NCBI GenBank assembly: GCA_038087875.1
Contig: CM075997.1
Span: 2,854,001-2,918,000 of the forward strand
Direction of reading: 5' to 3'
Length of the DNA: 64,000 bases
Source: Malacoraja senta
Lineage: Eukaryota
The position numbers and the translations under genes were made by a program. The notes beneath the pieces are model-generated. The model saw nothing but the letters and a program-made list of their open reading frames with translations. It was not told where the DNA came from and searched no databases. Of this stretch, positions 34,371 to 45,247 are shown piece after piece; position 1 is the first letter of the stretch, and each line of letters opens with the position of its first letter.

Positions 34371-37300
34371 GTTTGAAGGTGGGTGACAGGTCGGTCGAGG
34401 ACACGACTCCGAGTGGACATTTCATCTGTGGAGGGATTGGACAGACAACGGTTTGGATCGGGAATCTTCAAGACTCCATTCTTGTCTCCATTTACCAGGT
34501 CGGTTTCTGATGACAGGAAATGGCCAAGATTGATGATCCCCGTGGACTTGAATGACAGAAAATTGAAGCCGCTCAACTCTGGACTCGGCCCGCAGTGGCC
34601 ACGAACAAGGACGAACCCGGCAACCGCAGTGACCGCCGAGACAAGTGTCAAGTACAGGTCCTCGGTAGGTGCCGGAGGTCAGACTGCTCATGGAATGGCG
34701 CGCCGCTGAGAAGGAAGAAGAACCATCGGGACCATATTGGTCACTCATCACCCTCATGCTTGCAATGATTACCGACTGGCAATCAGTATTAAGACGACTG
34801 TTGTCATGGGTCAAGGCACTCCACTCCCCTCCGAAATCATCCTAAATAACAGTCAGCTGGAAACTCATCCAATTCACCTACCTAGGATCAATGGTCACTG
34901 ATAGCCACTCTCTGGACCAGGAAATCAATTCACCTACAGTAAACCACCTTCTTATACAGTAACCACATTCTGGAGGATATCCAAGCAGACATGGAAGAAC
35001 AGGAGTAATAATGTCCTATTGGCAACATTCCCTCAGATTATCAATCTCTCACCTGTACTCTGACTCGTCATTACCCATTATTTGTCCAACAACAGTGGTA
35101 TCGTCAGTGAAATTTAAAGACGGCATTGGAATGGTCTGGCTGTGCAGTCCTGGTCATAGAGCAGGGGACTGAGCACACAGCCTTGAGCTGGTCCTGTGTT
35201 GGTTATAGAGGAGGGGGTGTTGCCAGTTTGTGTTGAGCTGGAGGCCTTGCTCGAGACTGACATTGAGCCCCACCGCAGGGCCGTGGACTTACCATCGGAG
35301 CCTGCGATCCCTTGCCTGGGATCGACACTCCAACCGTGGCCTGCGGATTTCAACATCAAGGAGCTCGCATTCTCGGGTAGAAACTGATGTCGTGAAGATC
35401 CAAAATCGCAGGAGGTTCGACCAGCCCCAACCCTGATCGCCTGGCGCGGGGGACCTGAGATCCCCCCGATGCAAGAGATTGATCGCTCCGATGCGGAGGG
35501 CCCAACCGCCGGCTACGAGAGCCAAAATCGCCCCGTCAACGGAAGTCTCGAGGACAAAGAAGGGAAGAGATTTAACTTTTTCCAGGGTGATCATCAGCCT
35601 CTGATTGACCTGAGATTGATCAAAGGACAAGATCTGAAGAGATGGCCATGGACCAAGGGAAGCATGTAGAAGCTTCATCGCTCCTGACTCTTTGGTGTTC
35701 CTGAGGAGGATGTGGTGCTACTAGGAATAGACTGAGCTGCTTCTCTGCTGAGCTGCCTTCCCATGTTAAGGTTCGTTTCACTTCAAACAGACAAAAACAC
35801 AATAAAATTAGTAATCAAGTAGTGAAATCTTTATGTTGCCAGGCGGGTGTGGCAGTAAATATACAGACTATATGTTCACTCTATCCCCACGCACACAGAG
35901 GTAATGTTCAATCAGATATATTTATACCCCAATAATCAGCGATTCAGCAATACTTTAACTTAGAGTATTGCGCCGCCTCTTGCTTGTTAAGATTGACAGG
36001 TTCTTCCGAGAGAGGAAAGGTTAGCCCTTATGCTAAAGGTTATGCTAAAGAAGCTATTTTTCTGCAGATCAAGCATTTGTTTTTTTTTACCTTATTGACG
36101 CACATTATAATTTTATAGAGTAAAGAGTACGCCAAGTGTCTGAACATTCTCCTAATGTTTATATCATAAAGGAAAACATTCATGAAGTTGTGCTGTTATC
36201 TCGCTAGTGTTATGGAAGAATGGCGAAAACATCTTTGTTAGCCTTGCTAGTGTAATAGGAGAAAGGTGAAAGCCTTTCTTTATTGCTTCTAATTCTTTAA
36301 ACTTTCTCACCCGTGCCTGGTATGGGACATCGCTCGGGACTTCTGGTAAGACCATTTACTTGGGTATCCTTCTGCTGCAATTCCCCACGAGATAGACCTT
36401 ACAAACAGTTGTAGAACACTCACTGGCAGCATATTCATGGCTCCCGATCTCTCACTGTCGGAAGCAGCTCCTGTGCCACCAACAATGTAGACAGCTGTCG
36501 GTCTTCAAACTGCTCTGCCAATGCCACTTGTCATAAGTTCATTAGTCATAGGACCAAAATTAGGCCATTCAGCCCATCGTGTCTACTCCACCATTCAATC
36601 ATGGCTGATCTATTTTTCCCTCTCAACCCCATTCTCCTGCCTTCTCCCCGTAACCTTTGACCCCCTTACTAATCAAGAACCTGTCAATCTCCGCTTAAAA
36701 AAATTCCCAATGATTTGGCCTCCGCTGCCGTCTGTGGCAAATAATTCCACAGATTCACCGCCCTCTCCCTAAAGAAATTCATAAGTTACAGGAGCAGAAT
36801 AAGGCCATTCAGCCCATCAAGTCTACTCTGCCATTCAATCAAGGCTGATCTATCTTTCCCTCTCAACCCCATTCTCCTGCCTTCGCCCCATAACCCGATA
36901 CCCATACTAAAAAAAAATCTGTCAATCTCTGCCTCAAAGACATCCAATGACTTGGCCTCGATCTCCGTCTGTGGCAATGAATTCCACAGCTTCACCACCC
37001 TCTGACTAAAGAAATTCCTTCTCATCTTTCTAAAGTTACGTCCTTTTATTCTGAGGCTATGGCTTCTGGTCCAAGACTCTCCGACTGGTGGAAACATCCT
37101 CTCCACATCCACTTTTACTGTTTGGTAAGTTTCAATGAGTTTCCCCCTCATCCTTCTAAACTCCAGCAAGTACAGGCCCAGTGCCGCCAAACGCCATCAT
37201 ATCTTAACCCAGTCATTCCTGAGATCATTCTCGTAAATGTTCTCTGGACCAACACATCCTTCCTGAGATTTGGTGCCCAAAACAGCTCACAATATTCCAA

Positions 37301-39198
37301 ATATGGTCTGACAAGTGCCGCCCTAGGAACTCCTCAGCATTACATCCCTGTACTTGTATTTTAGCCCTCTCAAAATAACTGCCGGCTTTGCATTAACCTT
37401 CCTTACCACCGATTCAACTTGCAAATTAACTGTTTAGGAATCCTGCAGTAGCACTCCCGAGTCCCTTTGCACCTCTAAATCCTGAATTCTCTCCCCATTT
37501 AGAAAATAGTCTTTGCCTTTATTCCTACTACCAAAATGCATGATTCCACATTTTGCTATGCTGTATTCCAACTGCCACTTCTCAGCCCACTCTCAACCTT
37601 TAGTTACCTTCTGTTGGTTTTTTTTAAAGCTTCCCAATTCTCCAGCTACCCCACTAATCTTTGCAATGTTATATGCCTTCTCTTTAATTTTATTCCTCCT
37701 TGTCTCCTTTCTAAAGATACATCCTTTAATTCTGAAGCTGTGCCCTCTTGTCCTAGACTCTCTCCCACTAGTGGAAACATCCTCTCACATCCACCATTTC
37801 CAGCCTTTCACTATTCAATGAGGTCCCCCCCTCATCCTTCTAAACGCCAGCGAGTACAGGTCCAGAGCCATCAAATATTCATCATGTTAATCCAATCATT
37901 CTCATAAACCTCCTCTGCACCCTCTCTAATACCAGCATATCCATCTTCAGATATGTGTCCCAAAACTGCTCACAATATTCCACATGTAGTCTGACCAGTG
38001 CCTTACAAAAGCCTCAGCATTACATCTCTTTTTATATATTTTAGAGTTACTCCAGCTTTTTGAGTTTATATTCCAGTTGTCTTGAAATGAATGCTCACAT
38101 TGCATTTGCCTTGTTATTTGTATGTGCAGGATCGCTCAGCATTTGGAGAAACAATGGGCCTTTGGGATCTCAGCGTTGCCTTCAAGTCCATGGCTGATGA
38201 TCTACCTCCAACATTTTGCTGCACAGTGCCAGGGGGAAAAATTGAGCAGAAGCCCATTGAAGTCACAACAGTCTGCAACCTGTTCCAAAGAGAGAGATCA
38301 GATGTCACCAGAAACCCACTGTAACCACTCTGGACGCTGCTCTTCCAGGGTGCAGGACGTTACTCAGTACGTACCCTTCCAAAGGTTGTCTAGGTAGACA
38401 GTAAGACTTAACCTGTTGCTCAATGTGGGACTCTGGGGAGCATCATTAATAGAAACATAGAAAATAGGTGGAGGAGGCCATTTGGCCCTTCGAGCCAGCA
38501 CCGCCATTCATTGTGATCATGGCTGATCGTCCCCAATCAAATAACCCGTGCCTGCCTTCTCCCCATATCCCTTGATTCCACTTGCCCCTAGAGCTCTATC
38601 TAACTCTCTCTTAAATCCATCCAGTGACTTGGCCTCCACTGCCCTCTGTGGCAGGGAATTCCACAAATTCACAACTCTCTGGGTGAAAACGTTTTTCCTC
38701 ACCTCAGTCTTAAATGACCTCCCCTTTATTCTAAGTGTGGCCCCTGGTTCTGGACTCGCCCAACACTGGGAACATTTTTCCTTCATCTAGCTTGTCCAGT
38801 CCTTTTATAATTTTATATGTTTCTATAAGATCCCCCTCATCCTTCTAAAATCAGAAATGGACATTATTAAATATACATGGGTCTGCAGTCACATTTATCG
38901 AAATAGAAATTGTTCCGTGGAACAGAAATATTTTCCACAAATTTATTTGACAATTCAAAAATTTATCGTGGCAAAACACAAATGTGCTGGAGGACTGCAG
39001 CAGGTCTGGCAGCATCGATGGTGGGAATGTGAGAGTGAGTGGCCACAACAGGCCAGAAGGCACGATATTTCAGCTACATGGAGTTAACATAGAAACCACT
39101 AGGTATATTTGAAAAGAGATAATGGGAGATTGGTAATTACAATTTCTATTCACTGGTTTTCTTGTTGTCACATGTACAGTGTGTGAAAGATACATCTT

Positions 39199-39497
39199 CT
39201 AGATGCGCTGGGACGCATCCTCAGTGATGTGATCCGGGGTCATCGGGTGTTTCGGGTCTCACAACATCAGACACCCTCGCCCAGGCGACCCAGCCGGGGT
39301 TGATCAGGCCCCGACTTGCGTCCCAGCAGCAACCACCCACGGATCAGCCCTCTTAATCCAAAGCCACCCAGTGGCTTTCTCTGCGGCTTCGCTTGCGGAT
39401 TGAATGGCCCTCTTCTTTGCCAGCCCCGTAATGCCCAACTGGTTGAGGACTTTGCAGAGTGAGCATCCTGCAAAGACTCTACAGCCCACCTCTATGA
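39199..39497 (-). mobile_element. Restriction-like-endonuclease LINE (HERO/R2-like) 3' end
   Basis: IEVGCRVF...LGITG..KKRAI...EAAEKATGWLWIKRADPW C-terminal motif followed by a short 3'UTR. Confidence 0.65.
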
Positions 39498-42400
39498 TAG
39501 TGTTGGATGGTTTTATGCAAATTAAAATTATAGGTTATATTGTAGACTCTAGTCACTTAAACATTGGCAAATGGAAAACTGTTAAAAAATCAATGAGTTC
39601 TGGCCGAGTTCTGAAATGCTTTTTTTGTAAGTTAGCAAAATATTTCACAAATGGGCCAAACACCAGGTTGTTATAACATTACACAAGACACTGTGGGACT
39701 GCAGTAAAAATAAATCTCTACCAAGAGGTTTGAATAGTGCTTTTGTAAATGAAACGTGAATTTCCCAGCTTGGCTGTTATTAACATTAGTTACCAGCTTC
39801 ATTGGTATCAACCTTTCTCTATTCAACAGGGTCCTTGTTGATATTTGAACTCGTCTAAGTGCTTGGAATTTCAATGAGGTAAATAATGTCCTGTTCCTCC
39901 CTTTTCAATTCGAGGCCACACATCCGCTCAGAGAATGTAATTTTGTTTTCCGGCTGTAGATATTCAACAAAATTATGAGACTTTGATCAAAAATCTCAGA
40001 TCAACTTTCCCTTCTGAAGAGATGTTGATTAACGCATGGTTAGTGTTCCTCCATCTGCAGGCTGTGAGCAATTTTTACAAAATGCTTCCATCTTCAAGTA
40101 CCAAGTCTTCTAGCCCATTAAAACTTTAACATTCATGGTCTGTAAAAGGCATTGTTCACAACTGGAAGAGTAAAGTAATCAATGTTAGATCAGATGCAAA
40201 TCTTGCGTTCCAGTATCTTGTCTCTGAATCCATGCTGCAACATTGAGGATACAGTGGTATATGGCAGACAAACTGCTACTGTAAATATTTCTCTCATGTC
40301 AAAGTCATACATGAGAGAAACAGGTCTTTGAGCCCAACAAACCCATTCCATCACACCCAGTAACACCAATCCCATTTTTATTCTGCCCACATTCCCATAA
40401 ACTCCATCTCAAGAAGGGTCCCGACCCGAAACCTCACCTCTTCCTTTTCTCCAGAGATGCTGCCTGACCTGCTGAGTTACTTCAGTTTTTTGAGTCTTAT
40501 CTTCCCATAAACTCACCTAGATTCAACCATTTACTTACACAGCGGTGTCAGTGACCAATAAACCAAAAACGAGCATTTTCATAGAATGTAGGAGGAAACA
40601 GGATCACCTGAAGGAAATTATAGTGTCACAGGGTGAACATGCAAACTCCACGCAGACAGAGCCAGGGGTGAGAATCGAACCTGGGCCTCTGGAGTTGAGA
40701 GGCAGCAGCTCTGACGGTGATGCCACTGTGATGTACACTGCGTAATAAGGGTTGAAAGCTTATATTGAATCTAATAAAAACGCAGACACCATTGTCTTGA
40801 TTTGTGCCCCTAAGGTTTTATTGTATAGTCACCAACAGTAAATGAGGGAGTAGGTAAATACTAGATGACTGATCTAATAAACTGTGGTAATGATATTTCG
40901 TTCAAGCCTAGGTTTGAATGACAATAAATAGCATTCATAATAAAAGATTTTAAATGGCAAGTATTTTTCATTTTTAGTTAGGACTGCAGGGTTTTCATCA
41001 ATTTTCTCTGCCTCCTTCCTGGTACTGTCACAAAACGTAATACAGTATGTCACAGTAGGCTGTGGGCCAAGCATCAAAAATGAGTCTAGAATTTAACTTT
41101 CGTGACCCATGTCTCAGAACTACATGAAATTTTGCACAGATTTAGATAAAATATAATTGAGAAGGAAGTCGTAACTCGTCAGTGCCAAAAGTTGCACATT
41201 AATTAATTAAACTAATTAGAAAATGAGATCGAAAAAGTAAGCTCCATCTAGTGTCCAATGCCCATTTTACACCATGGGGAGCGCCCAATTCCGTGCTACG
41301 GTCTATTTAAACCATATATTATTATATATATGTATATGTATGACGTGAATATGACTGTAATCATATATAATTATGTATAATTATATTATATAAAAATAAT
41401 ATAATGAATATAATTTTGAGTGAGTATTTTGAATGAGACTGCCGCAGAGGTCCGGCTCCTGAACCAGCCTAATTAATGGGTGAGGGCAGTTCCTGTGGGT
41501 TCCCCCGTTTACTGAACCCCACTGACTGCCAGTGTGCAGAGTGGGGATCACAGCCATAGTGGGACTGGGGCAGTGCCAGGCTGGGCGAAGGCTAAGGCAT
41601 CTTCCACAGACAGGAAAATGCCTAACCTTAACTCTAACTCGCCCCCCTTCCAGAGCTGCCCACGGCTGGAGCTGGAGCCACTTTGGGACCGGCTGCGGGC
41701 TCCGTACGTGTGGCCCCGCAGCGCGTCCACCTCGGCCAGCATGCCCTCCTGGATCATCGTGGTGATGGTGGTGGGGAGCAGCCCTGCCCTGCACGCCGCC
41801 TGGGCTGCTTTCAGCACCCTCATAGCGCCGACTCCGTCAGTCCGCCCGCTCGCTCACTGCTACACGGGCCTGCCGACAGCCTGACCGACCACTCACAGCA
41901 CCCACCGGCGGCCTGGCCCGACCGACCACTCACAGCATCCACCAGCGGCCTGGCCCGACTGACCACTCTCACCACCCACCGGTCCTTGGTGATTTATTGA
42001 TTGATGCGGTATTGTACACGTGCAAAAAGCCACCATGGATATTTTTTACGGCAGAGATAGATAGATTCTTGATTAGTACGGGTGTCAGAGGTTACAGGGA
42101 GAGATAGATCAGCCATGATTGAATGGCGGAGTAGACGATGGGCTGAATGGCCTATTTCTGCTCCTATCACATGACCTTATGACCTCTGCCAAGAGTGCTG
42201 CCTACTTGGTCTTGACCTAACATTTTGGGTCAGATTGTGGAATCCCTGCCACAGAGGGCAGTGGAGGCCAACTCACTGGATGGATTTAAGAGAGTTAGAT
42301 AGAGCTCTAGGGGCTAGTGGAATCAAGGGATATGGGGAGAAGGCAGGCACGGGTTATGGTTGGGGACAATCAGCCATGATCACAGTGAATGGCGGTGCTG

Positions 42401-43033
42401 GCTCGAAGGGCCGAATGGCCTCCTCCTGCACCTATTTTCTATGTTTCTACGTCTGAAGATGGGTCCTAACCCGAAACATCACCTATCCATGTCCTCCAGA
42501 GATGTTGCCTGACACGCTGAGTTACTCCAGCACTTTGAGTTCTACGGTGGATTCCAGCATCTGCAGTCCCTTGTGTCAGCATTCTGGTAAACATCTTCTG
42601 CACCCTCTCCAAAGCCTCCACACCCTTCCTGTAATGGCCCATTGAGTGTAACGTCCTGTGGTACAGAGCTTGTGTCAACTGCAACTTAGATCTCAGCCTC
42701 CAAGCTTTCCCCATCACTAATGGCTGACTGATCAACACTCGAAGGTGGCTTCAAGTCCTGACACATGCGCCACAATTCAATGGACCCCCTTCTAGTCTCA
42801 GTGGGACTAGCAGGATCATGATTTTTTTTAATGTAAAGATTTCAATATCACAAGAAGATGACATATTCAAGACTGCAGAGAAATGGTTAGTTTACAGGGA
42901 TTTAATCTTGCTTAGTAGAGTGTTTAAAGGATAATGATACATTAATATAACTACCACAATGTGTTAGTCTAGGCTCCGTATTAAGGCACCAGCATTAAAG
43001 CACATTGTTGGCAAGTTTCAAATTACCATGGGT

Positions 43034-43039
43034 TTTATT
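43034..43039 (-). terminator. Candidate polyadenylation signal of the 85-aa gene
   Basis: AATAAA on the minus strand about 205 nt after the TAG. Confidence 0.45.
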
Positions 43040-43244
43040 CCAAGAGTCAACAGAAACAGGGAATGTCACAGGGACAGAGGTACGGTAGGAATGCATCAGA
43101 ACGTTTACCAAAGCAGGGACGCTCAGGTCCACAGTTCCACCGCTCAGTGGGGAAGGCCAGCGTGGGATGAGTGTAGATGGGCTGGCATGGGCATGATGGG
43201 CTGAAGGGTCCGTTTCTGTGCTGCGCGACTCTGGTATCGTCCTG

Positions 43245-43370
43245 CTATCCCAGGGCGTGGACCCTGGCGGCGAACAGCAGCACGTGTTTCTTCAGCTCGT
43301 TGTTCAGCTCAGACTGCGACGCGCGAGGATTCTTCTTCACAAACTCCGCTATGCCCAGGATACATTGTCT
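43245..43370 (-). CDS. Uncharacterised small protein, terminal exon
   Basis: ctccgcag|AGA CAA TGT...; RQCILGIAEFVKKNPRASQSELNNELKKHVLLFAARVHALG*; GC3-rich; phase 0 join to 44859-44990. Confidence 0.75.
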   Translation of the reverse strand, partial: RQCILGIAEFVKKNPRASQSELNNELKKHVLLFAARVHALG

Positions 43371-44570
43371 CTGCGGAGATGAACGGGATGCGGTTATTTC
43401 CCTGGAAGTAGCAGATATCTGTGAGCTTCACGCAATATCATCGGTCGAGGACGCACTGCCGAGAACAAGGAGAGACCGGGCATGGGGGGCGCCGAGAGAA
43501 CTAAGAGGGACCCGGGGGAAAATAATGAAGAGGGATTATATTGAATACTTTGGTGGAGAAACTCAGCGGGTGAGGCAGCATCTATGGAGCGAAGGAATCA
43601 GACTGAAGAAGGGTCTCGACCCGACACGTCACCTATTCCTTCGCTCCATAAATGCTGCCTCACCCGCTGAGTTTCTCCAGCATTTTTATCTACCTTCGAT
43701 TTTTCCAGCATCTGCAGTTCCTTCTTAAACACATTGAATACTTTTGTAACTTTCTCGGCACCCTTTAAGTGGCGACGTTGTGCACACTTGTGTACAGAGG
43801 GCTGTGGAGGCCAAGTCAATGGATATAAAGGCAGAGATTGACAGATTTTTCATTAGTGAGGGTGTCAGGGGTTATGGGGTGAAGGCAGGAGAATGGGGTT
43901 GAGAGGAAAAGATAGATCAGCCATGATTTAATGGCGGCGTAGACTTGATGGGCTGAATGGCCTTATTCTGCTCCTAGATATTCTGAACTGATGAATAAAC
44001 TATCAATCAATCAATAATCAAACAATCACCAAGGACCTATAAAGCACCACAGAATCGCCACTGGCCACCCATCATCCCACCACCATCATTCCTTCTTCTC
44101 CCTGTTCCCATCAGGCAGAAGATGCAGAAGCTTGAAAGCGCGCACTACTAGATTGAGGAATAGCTTCTTCCCCTCTGTTGTCCGGCTTCTGAACAATACA
44201 TCCATAAGCTCGGGTACTGTCCGATTCGCCCTCTGCACCATTGCAGACATTAGACTTTGCTTCTGGAACTGTTATGTCACAAGGTGGAGCTGCTGCCTCA
44301 CAGCGCCAGAGACCCTGCCTGGTTCCATCCTGACTACGGGTGCTGTCTTTACGGTATTTGTAACATTCTCCCTGTGACCTCATGGATTTCCTCCGGGTGC
44401 TCCGGTTTCCTCCCACATCCCAAAGACATGCGAATTGGTAGGTTAAATGGCTGCTATAAATTTGTGTAGGTGAAGATAGTATTGATGGGGATCGTGGGGA
44501 CAATAGAAGATAAACACAAATTGCTGGAGTAACTTTGCGGGTCAGGCGGCATCTCTGGAGAGAAGGATTA

Positions 44571-44604
44571 GGTAACGTTTCGGCTCGAGGCCCTTCCTCA
44601 GACT
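44571..44604 (-). ncRNA. Minimal type I hammerhead ribozyme motif in a Penelope-type repeat
   Basis: AGU CUGAGGA A GGGCCUCGAGCC GAAAC GUU ACC. Confidence 0.55.
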
Positions 44605-44639
44605 AGGTTCAGTATAAATTATTGAAGGGGAATGCTGCT

Positions 44640-44775
44640 TCTTCTTGCGTATGGCGTGCACAGCCTAAAGCTGTAGGACAACTTGTTCTATTTGATCCTA
44701 TTTGATTGTGCACGCCAGGTTGATTGCATTCGTCGAAACAGGGCGGACCACGTGAAGGTTGTAATCTCCCACCCC
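44640..44775 (-). mobile_element. HDV-ribozyme-headed short retroposon (136 bp)
   Basis: 12-bp TSD GGGAATGCTGCT (44628-44639 and 44776-44787); (GAA)n 3' tail; second copy at 8340-8459. Confidence 0.85.
44722..44775 (-). ncRNA. Minimal HDV-like self-cleaving ribozyme
   Basis: P1 GGGGUGG/CCGCCCU with G1-U wobble; P2 GAUU(A/G)CA/UGCAAUC; P3 ACC/GGU; L3 UUCACGU; then GU-UUCG-A and J4/2 CGAA. Confidence 0.8.
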
Positions 44776-44858
44776 GGGAATGCTGCTAAGGCAAGGCAAC
44801 AGTGACTTGATGGGCCAAATGGCCTCCTATATCAATCAGAGGCTGGCTCTGTCATTAC

Positions 44859-44990
44859 CTTGTACATGTCTATCTTGTCCTGTCCTGTCAGGCACTGCAG
44901 AAGTGAGTGAGCAACTCGGGCCCCAGTCACCGCCTTCAGTAGCTGTTTGCTTCCCTCGTCGTCACGGTTCAGCCAGTTCCACAGAGCCAT
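44859..44990 (-). CDS. Uncharacterised small protein, upstream coding exon
   Basis: Pyrimidine tract...gaag|ATG; MALWNWLNRDDEGSKQLLKAVTGARVAHSLLQCLTGQDKIDMYK|GTAATG; 132 bp. Confidence 0.7.
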
Positions 44991-45247
44991 CTTCAGAGGG
45001 CAAAGGCAGAGTCAATTTGATCCAAAATTAAGTGGCGGAGTGAGGACGATGGAGTGGAGAGGTGCCGGGGAGGCAGGCTCGTGTGGGGGGGGGGGGGGGG
45101 GGGCAGGGAGAGGAGGGTGCAGTAAAGACAAGCAGCCAGTCTAGCAGTCACAGACTGCAGGTGCAAGACAGACAAAATGCTGGAGCAACTCAGCGGTACA
45201 GGCAACATCACTAAAGAGAAGGAATGGGTGACTGTTTGGGTCGAGAC

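Noticed and set aside
39245..39280. Hammerhead-like CUGAUG...GAAAC in the HERO-type 3'UTR (minus strand)
   Set aside because: The A after CUGAUG is missing and there is no convincing stem II or cleavage triplet.
40874..41077. 67-aa minus-strand ORF with acceptor-like site and downstream AATAAA
   Set aside because: No recognisable homology or codon bias; at most a non-coding terminal exon.
43177..43728. 183-aa plus-strand ORF
   Set aside because: Antisense shadow of the minus-strand exon plus repeat sequence.
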